This document shows positions 17,272 to 26,557 of a DNA stretch of 47,249 nt, one piece after another. A program made the position numbers and the translations under genes. The DNA comes from an uncultured bacterium. GTDB taxonomy: Bacteria > Abyssobacteria > SURF-5. Positions within the stretch are counted from its first letter, which is position 1; the number at the start of each line of letters is the position of its first letter. The notes under the pieces were generated by a model, which was not told where the DNA came from, searched no databases, and saw nothing but the letters and a program-made list of their open reading frames with translations. The stretch covers positions 1-47,249 of the forward strand of contig CAYZZY010000001.1 in the NCBI GenBank assembly GCA_964482745.1, in the 5' to 3' direction.

Positions 17272-18882
17272 ATGGATGTAATTTTTAAAAACGCAAATAT
17301 CATAACTATGGATTCCTCCGACACCCGGGCCTCTGCTGTTGCCATGAACTGGGGAAAGATCCTCGGGGTAGGCAGCGAAAACGATGTGGCCCGATTTGAA
17401 AGTCCTTCCACCCGATCCATCGATCTGGGCGGAAAGACCGTGTTGCCGGGCTTCATCGACACCCATAACCATCTCTCGTTTTATGGATATCTGGTCAGTT
17501 CGGTCGACTGCCGGGCCGCTTCGGGCATTGAGAGCATCGATGACATTGTCGATCGACTCCGTGCCGAGGCGGACAAAACTCCCCCCGGCCAATGGGTAAA
17601 AGGATGGGGCTACGCCCATTATCACCTCAAAGAGAACCGTCCTCTCACGCGCGAGGATCTGGATCGTGCCAGCACCCAGCATCCGATTCTTGTGATCCAG
17701 GTGTCGGGTCACGCGGGTGTCGCAAATTCGATGGCGCTTGATATTTTTGGGTATGGCAAGGATACTGCTGATCCGCCCGGCGGCGAAATCCGGCGCGACC
17801 CGGATACAGGCGAGCCAAATGGTATCCTCGAAGAATCGGCGGTTATGAACCCGATCAATGGGCTCTTCATGCAGGAATTCATCGGATTGTCCCTTGAACA
17901 GCGCGTCCGAATGATTGAGACCGCCGTGAGCCATTATAATCAGGCCGGTATCACCAGCCTGCACGAGGCATATGTGGTTCCCCAGGCCCTTCAGCTTTAT
18001 CAGGAAATGGAAAGGTTGGGAAGGCTGAATCTGCGGATCTATACGATGAATATCGATTTTGCCGCCCAGACCCTGCTGGATGCCGGAATCACGTGTGGTT
18101 ACGGTACCGATATGGTAAAGGTCGGGGCGATAAAAATGTTCATAGACGGCGGCATGAGCAACCGAACCGCCGCCGTGTCCGAACCCTACTGCAACAGCGA
18201 GGAGACCGGCATTTTCTTGAGCACGCGTGACGAAACAGTCTCCAAAATCGAGAAGTTTCATGAAGCCGGATATCAGATCGCCGTCCATGCACAGGGAGAT
18301 GCCGCCATCGGCATCTTGCTTGATGCATACGAGAATGTGCTCGGGCCGAAGAGTAACAATCCGCTTCGCCACCGAATTGAACACTGTGGCAATATCACGG
18401 AAGAACAGATAAAGCGGGCCGCGGACATGAACATACTTGTTTCGAGCCAGCCGATGTTCTTTTCGCTTGTCGGTGACGGCTTCCTCGAGGCTTTCGGCCC
18501 CGAGCGGGGGCATCGTCTCTATCCCTATCGGTCCCTGATCAATCACGGCGTTCGCGTTGCGGGTGCATCCGATTCGCCTGTGGCGCCTGCGGACCCGCTC
18601 ACCGGAATACGTGATGCCGTCCTGCGGCTGACCGGTTCGGGCGCCGAATTCGGTCCGGAGGAGAGACTCGGCGTCGGCGAGGCGATAGGCCTGTACACTT
18701 CGGAGGCAGGATACTTTTCCTTCGACGAAGCGAATCTTGGATCTATCGAACCCGGAAAATGCGCTGACTTCGTGGTTCTGGACCGCGATATCACGGCGAT
18801 TCCGCCTGAACAGATTACCGATGCCGAGGTGGTGATGACCATCGTCGGCGGGAGGATTGTTTACGAGAGAAACAATGTATGA
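17272..18882 (+). CDS. amidohydrolase family (Amidohydro_3/YtcJ-like) metal-dependent hydrolase
   Basis: MDVIFKNANIITMD...PGFIDTHNHL (HxH). About 536 aa. GAGGAG 7 nt before ATG 17272; the ORF-track start at 17203 is less likely. Confidence 0.8.
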   Translation: MDVIFKNANIITMDSSDTRASAVAMNWGKILGVGSENDVARFESPSTRSIDLGGKTVLPGFIDTHNHLSFYGYLVSSVDCRAASGIESIDDIVDRLRAEADKTPPGQWVKGWGYAHYHLKENRPLTREDLDRASTQHPILVIQVSGHAGVANSMALDIFGYGKDTADPPGGEIRRDPDTGEPNGILEESAVMNPINGLFMQEFIGLSLEQRVRMIETAVSHYNQAGITSLHEAYVVPQALQLYQEMERLGRLNLRIYTMNIDFAAQTLLDAGITCGYGTDMVKVGAIKMFIDGGMSNRTAAVSEPYCNSEETGIFLSTRDETVSKIEKFHEAGYQIAVHAQGDAAIGILLDAYENVLGPKSNNPLRHRIEHCGNITEEQIKRAADMNILVSSQPMFFSLVGDGFLEAFGPERGHRLYPYRSLINHGVRVAGASDSPVAPADPLTGIRDAVLRLTGSGAEFGPEERLGVGEAIGLYTSEAGYFSFDEANLGSIEPGKCADFVVLDRDITAIPPEQITDAEVVMTIVGGRIVYERNNV

Positions 18883-19519
18883 TCTTGTGCTGTTCGATCT
18901 CGATGGAACGCTTACCGATCCTCAAGTAGGGATAACGAAATCGATTCAATACGCATTATTCAGGCTTGGTGTCCCGGAAGACAATCCCGAGAGGCTGGTA
19001 TCATTCATAGGTCCGCCATTATATGAGTCTTTCAAACAACATTATTCTTTCGACGAGCCGACGGCCCTGGAAGCCATTGAGTTTTATAGAGAGTATTTCT
19101 CGGATACAGGAATTTATGAGAATGCCGTTTATCCGAAGATACCTGAATTGTTGATGCATCTGGCCGATTGCAGGAAAACGATGGGCGTCGCGACAAGCAA
19201 GCCGACGCCATTTGCCGAGAAGATTCTTATACACTTCGACCTTCGCGAGTACTTCACTTTCGTTGCCGGAAGCGAGCTTGAGCCGACCGGCGTCTCCAAA
19301 TCAGAAATCATCCGCCGGGCTTTATTGAAATTCAGGGACATCTCGAAAGAGAAGGTGATCATGGTCGGCGATCGCAAACACGATATTTATGGCGCCCGCG
19401 ATAACGGAATCCATTCTATCGGTGTTACATATGGGTACGGGACGGTTGAAGAACTGAGCGCTGTCCATCCCACATACCTGGTCGATTCGGTGGAAGACCT
19501 GCGGGCGCTGCTTACTTGA
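18875..19519 (+). CDS. HAD-superfamily phosphatase (phosphoglycolate phosphatase-like)
   Basis: MYDLVLFDLDGTLTD motif I and VGDRKHD motif. The ATG overlaps the upstream stop (ATGTATGA). Confidence 0.8.
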   Translation: MYDLVLFDLDGTLTDPQVGITKSIQYALFRLGVPEDNPERLVSFIGPPLYESFKQHYSFDEPTALEAIEFYREYFSDTGIYENAVYPKIPELLMHLADCRKTMGVATSKPTPFAEKILIHFDLREYFTFVAGSELEPTGVSKSEIIRRALLKFRDISKEKVIMVGDRKHDIYGARDNGIHSIGVTYGYGTVEELSAVHPTYLVDSVEDLRALLT

Positions 19520-19640
19520 TGTGCCTTCTTTCCGTCCCATCTATTCACGGTATCGAATCCGAAAGAAATCGGTGATATGATTGTAGAGTATAAAAAGCAT
19601 GTGAAAGGGGTCTATTTCTTTTTTATACTTTCAAGGAGGA

Positions 19641-20543
19641 GTGATGGCCGAGGGCAAGGAAAAAACAGGGGCGCGCAAAGCACGGGCCGGTCGTGAAAAA
19701 AAACAGAAGACCGCTATTATTTTTCAGGGAGGCGCTTCGCGAGGGGCCCATCAGGTAGGCGCGATGCGGTATCTGGAGGAAATGGGTATCAAGCCCGATA
19801 TCATGATCGGGAGTTCCATCGGGGTCATCAATTCGTGTCTCTACGCTACCGGCGGCATCGAGCGAATGGAGACATTCTGGACCTCGTTCAAAACGCATCC
19901 GTTCCTGCCCGGTGTCAGTCTCAGGGAAAACATCTTTTTGGGCAATTCGTTCCTCTCCATGAAAAAAGCTTTCAAGCGGATCGAGAGCTTTCTCGATTTC
20001 GAGGAGATTTTTCGACACAGAATCGAGGTCTCGTTCATCCTGAGCAACCTGACCAGGGGAACCGGCGAATTGAGATCAAATCGAACGGAAAAGACGGCGG
20101 AAGACATGCGGGCGATCTCTCGAATCGGCTACACGATTCCCGGCCTCTACCCGCCTGTAAGGTATCAGGGTGACTATTGGTGCGACGGTGGATTTGTATG
20201 GAATGTCCCATTTGAGCATGCAATTCGAAGAGGGGCCACCCGCATCTTTATGCTCCTGTGTATAGGGCGAAGCCTGCCGGAACAGAGGAAGTTCAACAAT
20301 ATTTATCAGGTGCTTATGCGCTTCTATGATGTAATGTGGGTCCATACTGGCAGCGGCGGCATATTGCACCGCGATTTCACGGACGCAATGCATCAGGGGA
20401 TAGAGGTCCACATCATTGAACCGACCAGCTATCTCGAGGGCTTCGGCATGCTGAGTCTGATGAGATTTCATCCCTCAAAAGCACGAAGATACATCAAGCA
20501 AGGGTACCGCGACGCCCGAGAACAGCTTGGAAAGCTCAAATAG
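19641..20543 (+). CDS. patatin-like phospholipase
   Basis: 300 aa. Oxyanion GGASRG, nucleophile GSSIG (GxSxG), catalytic CDGG. AGGAGGAG before the ATG. Confidence 0.8.
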   Translation: MMAEGKEKTGARKARAGREKKQKTAIIFQGGASRGAHQVGAMRYLEEMGIKPDIMIGSSIGVINSCLYATGGIERMETFWTSFKTHPFLPGVSLRENIFLGNSFLSMKKAFKRIESFLDFEEIFRHRIEVSFILSNLTRGTGELRSNRTEKTAEDMRAISRIGYTIPGLYPPVRYQGDYWCDGGFVWNVPFEHAIRRGATRIFMLLCIGRSLPEQRKFNNIYQVLMRFYDVMWVHTGSGGILHRDFTDAMHQGIEVHIIEPTSYLEGFGMLSLMRFHPSKARRYIKQGYRDAREQLGKLK

Positions 20544-20666
20544 ACCGGAAAGACAACGCCGGGAAAGCGGGCCGGGTGCGCCTGGCATCAGGAGATCACC
20601 CGAGGAATCCGAAAAGACTTGCCGGAAAATGGAACGGTACTGTCATCAGGAACGCTATCTGCACCC

Positions 20667-20696
20667 TTGACAAATTCGGCGAGTTTGTGTTAGTAT
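20667..20696 (+). promoter_or_regulatory. sigma70 promoter (extended -10) of the infC operon
   Basis: TTGACA (20667-20672), 18-nt spacer ending in TGT, TAGTAT (20691-20696). Confidence 0.6.
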
Positions 20697-20902
20697 TTAT
20701 GGAGAAAAGAGATAGATACAACTTGAAAAGTCGTATATGCGTTGAAAGCAGAAGCCATAGCTTCTCACCCTGTTGTGCCACAGAGAGTGGTTGCTCACAG
20801 GGTTTTGTGAAGGTCTCGCGCGCGAAATCGCGAGGGGGATGGCATTCTGCCGTCCTTTTTTATTTTGTCTGACCGATTTAAGGTGTTGGGAGGTGTTGCG
20901 CG
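20697..20902 (+). promoter_or_regulatory. structured infC leader (candidate L20-responsive attenuator)
   Basis: About 200-nt untranslated leader between promoter and infC. Contains hairpins CCCTGT...ACAGGG and CTCGCG...CGCGAG plus an intrinsic terminator. Confidence 0.45.
20837..20866 (+). terminator. intrinsic terminator inside the infC leader
   Basis: GGATGGCA-TTC-TGCCGTCC (8 bp, one G-U) followed by TTTTTTATTTT. Confidence 0.65.
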
Positions 20903-21436
20903 ATAAGAAAATTCTACAAAAAAGAAAAAGCTGATCTCACCAGAGTAAACGAACGGATACGAGCCAAGGCGATACGCCTTATCGGAGATGATGGCGAGCA
21001 GATCGGTGTTGTGTCGGCCGAAGAAGGTCTCCGACTGGCTCAGGAGGAAGGGCTGGACCTCGTAGAGATAGCTCCTAAATCAACTCCTCCTGTTTGCCGA
21101 ATAATGGACTACGGCAAATACAAGTTCGAGCAAAGCAAACGGGCCAAGGAGGCAAAAAAGCACCAGCACACGGTGGTCGTAAAGGAAATGAAGTTTCGGC
21201 CGAAGACCGAGGAACACGACTACCAATTCAAGCTTAAACACATACAGGGGTTTCTCGCCGATGGCAACAAGGCGAAAATGACCGTAAGGTTCCGCGGTCG
21301 CGAGATGGCTCACACCAACCTGGGTCGAAGAATCCTCGAAAAACTGATCGAAGATACTCTGGAAACAGCATCCGTCGAGCAGCAGCCGAAGCTTGAAGGA
21401 CGTAATATGACCCTCGTGCTCGCGCCCAAACATTAA
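20903..21436 (+). CDS. infC: translation initiation factor IF-3, non-canonical ATA start
   Basis: Conserved N-domain [24 protein letters not shown] lies upstream of the first in-frame GTG (21011). There is no ATG, GTG or TTG in frame after the TAA at 20879. ATA at 20903 lies 9 nt after GGGAGGTG. Confidence 0.8.
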   Translation: MRKFYKKEKADLTRVNERIRAKAIRLIGDDGEQIGVVSAEEGLRLAQEEGLDLVEIAPKSTPPVCRIMDYGKYKFEQSKRAKEAKKHQHTVVVKEMKFRPKTEEHDYQFKLKHIQGFLADGNKAKMTVRFRGREMAHTNLGRRILEKLIEDTLETASVEQQPKLEGRNMTLVLAPKH

Positions 21437-21480
21437 GTACTCTAATTCATAAATTCGGTGACGTATTTGATTGCCTTTCG

Positions 21481-21509
21481 TAGAGGCACGGCACTCCGTG
21501 CCCCTACAG
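21481..21509 (+). repeat. 29-nt GC-hairpin repeat, copy B (TAGAGGCACGGCACTCCGTGCCCCTACAG)
   Basis: Same length and frame as 84-112. Stem positions differ but stay paired. Followed by a CCTGCGTCTCTGCG tail. Sits in the infC-rpmI spacer. Confidence 0.65.
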
Positions 21510-21645
21510 TCGGTCCTGCGTCTCTGCGCACAAAAACGTACCTGTATTTTAGAAAACCGGTAGTATGCTCTGAAAAAACAGCCCAATGCGTTCCATAGAT
21601 GGGGATGGGTATATTTTTGCCCGATCCCGGGAAAGGGGGTAGGAA

Positions 21646-21840
21646 ATGCCCAAAATGAAAAGCAACCGGGGGGCGGCCAAACGTTTCAGGAAGACCGCAT
21701 CCGGAAAATTTAAGCGAAGCCGAGCCTATAAAGGTCACCTTTTGACGAAGAAGAGTGGCTCGCGCAAGCGCAAGTTAAGAAAAGGCGCCATCGTGGCGAA
21801 AGCCGACCAGAGACGAATAGAGAGACTTCTCTGCGTCTGA
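21646..21840 (+). CDS. rpmI: 50S ribosomal protein L35
   Basis: [24 protein letters not shown] is canonical L35. 64 aa. Confidence 0.95.
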   Translation: MPKMKSNRGAAKRFRKTASGKFKRSRAYKGHLLTKKSGSRKRKLRKGAIVAKADQRRIERLLCV

Positions 21841-21890
21841 CAATATCCGACCGCATGTATGCTGAAATTCGAAAAGGAGTGAATTGAACA

Positions 21891-22247
21891 ATGTCGAGGA
21901 CGAGCAACAGCCCAGCTTCACGTAACCGCCGCCGCAAAGTTCTGAAGATGGCGAAAGGGTATTACGGCGGAAAAAGCCGAATGTATCGAATCGCGAACGA
22001 GGCCGTTAATCGAAGCCTGAGTTTTTCGTATCGCGACAGGAAAACCCGCAAAAGACAATTCCGACGGCTCTGGATAGCCCGTATCAATGCCGCCGCACGA
22101 CTGAACGGCCTTTCCTACAACAGATTCATCGATGGACTGAACAAGGCTTCGATTGAAGTGGACCGAAAGATGCTGGCGGAACTTGCCGTGAATGACCGCC
22201 AGGTGTTCAGCCAGTTGGCCGAAGTTGCCAAAGCGCATCTTGGGTAA
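21891..22247 (+). CDS. rplT: 50S ribosomal protein L20
   Basis: [24 protein letters not shown]...[16 protein letters not shown] is canonical L20. 118 aa. Confidence 0.95.
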   Translation: MSRTSNSPASRNRRRKVLKMAKGYYGGKSRMYRIANEAVNRSLSFSYRDRKTRKRQFRRLWIARINAAARLNGLSYNRFIDGLNKASIEVDRKMLAELAVNDRQVFSQLAEVAKAHLG

Positions 22248-22249
22248 GA

Positions 22250-23008
22250 ATGGTAATTCTTCCGGCGATTGACCTCAGAAACGGCCATTGCGTCCGGCTC
22301 GAACAGGGCAGGCTCGACAAAGAGAAGATCTATTCGAGCGATCCCGCAGAGATGGCGCGAAAGTGGGAACAGCAGGGAGCGCAATGGCTTCATGTGGTAG
22401 ACCTCGATGGCGCCTTTGAAGGGGAACCCAGGAATCTGGATGCCCTTGAGGCGATACGCGGGGCTATCAGCATCCCGATCCAATTTGGCGGGGGCAACAG
22501 GACGGTGGAGAACCTCGAGCGCGTATTTGCGATAGGGGTAAACCGGGCCGTAATGGGCACCTCTGCGCTCCGATCCCCGCAAGCGCTCAGGGATGCATGC
22601 AGCAGGTTCGGCGATAAGATTGCCGTCGGGATCGATGCCCATGGTGGCAAGGTCGCAATTGAGGGTTGGCACGACGTCACCGACACGGACGCGGTCGAAT
22701 TCGGCAACAGGGTTGCGGGAGAGGGCGCGGGGCTCATCATATATACCGATATCTCCCGCGATGGCATGCTTGCCGGCCCGAATCTGGACGCATTGAAAAA
22801 GATGGCCGATGGCGTATCCATTCCCATCATCGCATCGGGCGGAATATCGAGCCTGTCTGACGTGGCTGAAATCTCGCAGTTGGCGCCGGGGCGCATCGAG
22901 GCAATGATAATAGGCAAAGCACTCTATGAGGGCTGGTTCAGCCTGAAACACGCTATTGATATCGTAGCGAGCGGCGATTCGGCTGATGCTGATATAGAAA
23001 TGCAATGA
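22250..23008 (+). CDS. hisA: ProFAR isomerase HisA-family (beta/alpha)8 enzyme
   Basis: ILPAIDLRNGHCVRL, LHVVDLDGA, IQFGGG and IASGGIS motifs. Starts 2 nt after the rplT stop. Confidence 0.8.
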   Translation: MVILPAIDLRNGHCVRLEQGRLDKEKIYSSDPAEMARKWEQQGAQWLHVVDLDGAFEGEPRNLDALEAIRGAISIPIQFGGGNRTVENLERVFAIGVNRAVMGTSALRSPQALRDACSRFGDKIAVGIDAHGGKVAIEGWHDVTDTDAVEFGNRVAGEGAGLIIYTDISRDGMLAGPNLDALKKMADGVSIPIIASGGISSLSDVAEISQLAPGRIEAMIIGKALYEGWFSLKHAIDIVASGDSADADIEMQ

Positions 23009-23877
23009 GCTTGGTCTTTGACAAGGCTGCAATAATTGGAGTCGGGCTTCTGGGCGGCTCTGTCGGACTCGCGCTTAAGGCGAACGGGATCTGCGGAAAT
23101 GTTGTTGGATTGGGAAGGAGTCGGGCCTCGATCGAGGCCGCGTTCGAGAAGGGCGCGATAGATGAGGCAGTGGACGATCTCTCTGAAGCGGCTGCAGGAG
23201 CGGACCTCATTGTGGTTTGCACACCTGCTGGTTCCGTGGCCGGGATTATCGCCGAACTAGAGAATGTGCTCGAAGAAGACTGCATCATCACTGAGGTGGG
23301 GAGCACCAAGCAGGCAATTGTGGACGCTGTCGAACAACTGCCAAGGGTCGGTCCTCGTTTTGTGGGAAGCCATCCTCTTGCCGGCTCCGAGAAAAAAGGC
23401 GTTCAATATGCCTCGGCGAATCTGTTTTATGGAGCGACCGTATTTCTAACATGCACATCCTTGACCGACCCTGCGGTGGCGGAGGTCGTCAGGGAGATGT
23501 GGGAGAGTTTTGGCGGGAGAGTTGCCGAACTTGGGGCAAGGATCCATGATCGAGTTATGGCTCAAACCAGCCACCTCCCGCACATCGTTGCCGCATTGCT
23601 GGTTGCCGGCTTGCGGACGCTGAGCGAAGAACATGGCGCTCTGGTTGGCAAGGGATTTCTCGACACCACTCGCATTGCCTCGAGCGATCCGGAAATGTGG
23701 GCCGATATCTGCATGACCAATCCGGAAGAAATCACGGAGGCCCTGGTCATGTTCCGTCACGATCTTGAAACATTTGAGATGTATGTGACCGAAGGCGAAT
23801 ACGAGAGGATACTTGATTTTCTCAGATCGACCAAATCTGTGCGGGACGCGCTCAATCAAAAGGATATAAATGAGTAA
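23005..23877 (+). CDS. tyrA: prephenate/arogenate dehydrogenase
   Basis: IIGVGLLGGSVGLAL Rossmann motif, GSHPLAGSEKKG, SHLPHIVA. ATGA overlap with hisA. Confidence 0.8.
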   Translation: MSLVFDKAAIIGVGLLGGSVGLALKANGICGNVVGLGRSRASIEAAFEKGAIDEAVDDLSEAAAGADLIVVCTPAGSVAGIIAELENVLEEDCIITEVGSTKQAIVDAVEQLPRVGPRFVGSHPLAGSEKKGVQYASANLFYGATVFLTCTSLTDPAVAEVVREMWESFGGRVAELGARIHDRVMAQTSHLPHIVAALLVAGLRTLSEEHGALVGKGFLDTTRIASSDPEMWADICMTNPEEITEALVMFRHDLETFEMYVTEGEYERILDFLRSTKSVRDALNQKDINE

Positions 23878-24526
23878 GCGCGGCAAATTTATCTCTCTGG
23901 AAGGTGTGGAGGGAAGCGGCAAAACGACGCAGGCGACCTTGCTCTGTGATTATCTCCGGAGCCAGGGAATGGATGTCGTGGAGACTCGCGAGCCCGGAGG
24001 GACAGATTTGGGGGAAAAGACCCGGCGCATTTTGCTGGCTCCGGCCGATTCCGCTCCCACACCGATCGCGGAGTTGCTTCTTTTTCTTGCAGCCCGTGCG
24101 CAGTTGGTTGCGGAGGTTATCATTCCGGCGCTCGATAAGGGGAATTGGGTTGTCTGTGACAGGTTCTGCGATGCCACACTCGCCTACCAGGGGTATGGCC
24201 GCGGAATCGAGATCGCGGCGATTGAGAAGCTGAATGAGATGGCAACAAATGCACTCAAACCAGACCTGACGGCCTTGCTCGATCTGGACATCGGGATCGG
24301 AATAAGGCGAGCGGTTGCGGCCAAGAACGAATTTGCCAGAGACGGCGTCGGCGACCGAATGGAAAAGGAAGATGAGGATTTCCACAGCCGGGTCCGGGAA
24401 GGATATCTCCGGATTGCGGAAGCGGAGCCTGGCCGAATTAAAGTGGTTCCCGTAGCCGACTCTATCGAGGACGTGCACAGGATACTGGTTTCACTTGTTG
24501 AGCCCTTCCTGGTGAAGGTAACATGA
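23870..24526 (+). CDS. tmk: thymidylate kinase
   Basis: FISLEGVEGSGKTT P-loop and CDRF...AYQGYGRG. 8-nt overlap with tyrA. Confidence 0.9.
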   Translation: MSKRGKFISLEGVEGSGKTTQATLLCDYLRSQGMDVVETREPGGTDLGEKTRRILLAPADSAPTPIAELLLFLAARAQLVAEVIIPALDKGNWVVCDRFCDATLAYQGYGRGIEIAAIEKLNEMATNALKPDLTALLDLDIGIGIRRAVAAKNEFARDGVGDRMEKEDEDFHSRVREGYLRIAEAEPGRIKVVPVADSIEDVHRILVSLVEPFLVKVT

Positions 24527-25623
24527 GCTTTGGAAAAATTCTTGATCAGACCACTGCCGTTCGCGCACTCCAGTCGGCAATAGACAAGGACAGAGTGGCC
24601 CATGCCTACCTTTTTATCGGGCCGACGGGAGTCGGCAGGAAACTCACCGCCAATGTTTTCGCGAGGGCGTTGAACTGCGAATCCTACCGGGATAATGGCC
24701 CCTGCGGAGAATGCTCAAGCTGCCGGTTGATCGAGAAGAGCAAGCACCCGGATGTCCGCGTCATCATGCCCACAAAACGGTCTTCGACGATCACTGTTGA
24801 TCAGGTTGAAGAATTGCTTCCCTTCGCATATATGCGTCCGGTGACAGGGAAGTACAAGGTGTTTATTTTTTGCGGAGCCGATCGGCTGGGTATCGGGACC
24901 GCAAACAAATTACTTAAGACGCTTGAGGAGCCGCCCGGGTTTACCGTATTCATTCTCATTACCGAACGGCCGCAAAGCGTCCTGCCAACCGTTGTATCCC
25001 GGTGTCAGCCGATCAAATTCGGCCGGCTTCGTGCAGAATCCGTTGCATGTATACTCGAAGCGGATTATCAAATAGATCCACAAAGGGCTGCAGTCGCCGC
25101 CGACCTCGCCGGAGGCCAGGTCACGCGCGGGCTGGAATTCGCCGATCCGGAGCGAATGGACGCTGTGCTGAATGTTGTGCGCTCGCTTCATGCCTTGCCC
25201 GCAAGAATGGCTGCATATGAAAGGCTGCTGAGTTTCCTTGCCCAGCGGAAGGACGATCTGAGCGAGGAAGCCGAGCAGAGTATTTCGAGCGCGGGCCAGG
25301 AACTGAGTTCCACCATCAAGAATTCCATAGAAGATTTGCGCAAATCCTATGTCGATAGGTACTACAGGGAGTTTTTGAACGATTGCTTCGGGCTTTTGCT
25401 TACTTTCTATAGAGATGCCCTTGTTCTGAAAGAGACAAACGCCGAAGAACTCATAATAAACCGTAACAGGATCGATCTGCTTCACGAAAAAGCCGACGCA
25501 ATGAGCGTTCCCGCGATCGTGCAAAATATGGAGAATATAGAAGAAGCATCCGAATACTGCTCTCATTATGTAGGAGAGGATCGCGTGTTTATGGATCTTC
25601 TCCTGAGGCTGCGCAACGAATAA
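24523..25623 (+). CDS. holB: DNA polymerase III delta-prime subunit
   Basis: AHAYLFIGPTGVGRK, Zn module CGECSSCRLI, LLKTLEEPP. ATGA overlap with tmk. Confidence 0.85.
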   Translation: MSFGKILDQTTAVRALQSAIDKDRVAHAYLFIGPTGVGRKLTANVFARALNCESYRDNGPCGECSSCRLIEKSKHPDVRVIMPTKRSSTITVDQVEELLPFAYMRPVTGKYKVFIFCGADRLGIGTANKLLKTLEEPPGFTVFILITERPQSVLPTVVSRCQPIKFGRLRAESVACILEADYQIDPQRAAVAADLAGGQVTRGLEFADPERMDAVLNVVRSLHALPARMAAYERLLSFLAQRKDDLSEEAEQSISSAGQELSSTIKNSIEDLRKSYVDRYYREFLNDCFGLLLTFYRDALVLKETNAEELIINRNRIDLLHEKADAMSVPAIVQNMENIEEASEYCSHYVGEDRVFMDLLLRLRNE

Positions 25624-25734
25624 TGCGATTCTGAAAGAGTTATCTTTTTCTGCATATGTCCGCGCCGTGCTGATTTGGTTAAACAAAGAATGGGCGAGGG
25701 TCCGTCAATACGAATAAGCTGCTGAGGTGCACAA

Positions 25735-26460
25735 ATGGTAGGAGTGGGAAAACTAAGGTTCAAGAAGGCAGGGAGGCTCCATTCATTTCAATCCGAGGGG
25801 TTGAATCTGAAACCCGGGGACGCCTGTATAGTAAAGACAAAACTCGGCCTGAAAATGGGCGAAATCGTCATCGAACCGCAACCAATCGCTTTTGAGGAAA
25901 AGTGTATTGAATGCCTGATAAAGGCGGTTCGAAAAGCGACGAACGACGATATCAAACGCAGCGAAGAGTTGCTCAAGCTCGAAGAAGAAGCGTTCAAGGT
26001 TTGCGAGAATAAGATCGAGGAGCGAGAGCTTCCCATGAAGCTCGTGAGCGTTGAGGTCATCTTTGACAGGAGCAAGATTCTCTTCTATTTTCGCTCTGAG
26101 ACGCGCGTCGATTTTCGTGAACTTGTCAAAGATCTGGCCCACCAGTTTCGCACCCGCATTGAACTGCGCCAGATAGGGGTCCGAGATGAAGCGCGCATAG
26201 TCGGCGGAATGGGTTGTTGCGGCAGGCCGCTGTGCTGCGCAACGTTCCTGGAGGAGTTCACCCCGGTCTCCATAAAGATGGCCAAAAAACAAGGCCTCGC
26301 GCTTAATCCAACAAAGATCTCAGGCCAGTGCGGACGGCTTATGTGCTGTATCCAATACGAATATGCCTGTTATACAGAGGCCGAAGAAAAGAAAAAGGAA
26401 GATAGTAACGGAAATGGCGGTGCGACACAATCCACCGAGAAAGAACAGGGAGCAGAGTGA
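25735..26460 (+). CDS. ricT: PSP1-domain protein (RicT/YaaT-like)
   Basis: 241 aa. PSP1 layout with the Cys-rich GCCGRPLCCATFL...CGRLMCC. tmk-holB-yaaT synteny as in Bacillus. Confidence 0.75.
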   Translation: MVGVGKLRFKKAGRLHSFQSEGLNLKPGDACIVKTKLGLKMGEIVIEPQPIAFEEKCIECLIKAVRKATNDDIKRSEELLKLEEEAFKVCENKIEERELPMKLVSVEVIFDRSKILFYFRSETRVDFRELVKDLAHQFRTRIELRQIGVRDEARIVGGMGCCGRPLCCATFLEEFTPVSIKMAKKQGLALNPTKISGQCGRLMCCIQYEYACYTEAEEKKKEDSNGNGGATQSTEKEQGAE

Positions 26461-26557
26461 CTCTGCATATATCCTTCGAGCAAATCGAGAAATGGAGTGT
26501 CCTGCGTGAAGGCACGGTGACAAAATCGGGATCGTCGCTTTTTCCGATGGTGGAGAT

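Noticed and set aside
19641-20543. Patatin-like lipase as a CBASS or other anti-phage effector
   Set aside because: There is no cyclase, SMODS, TIR, sensor or other defence partner nearby. The neighbours are metabolic enzymes and the infC operon.
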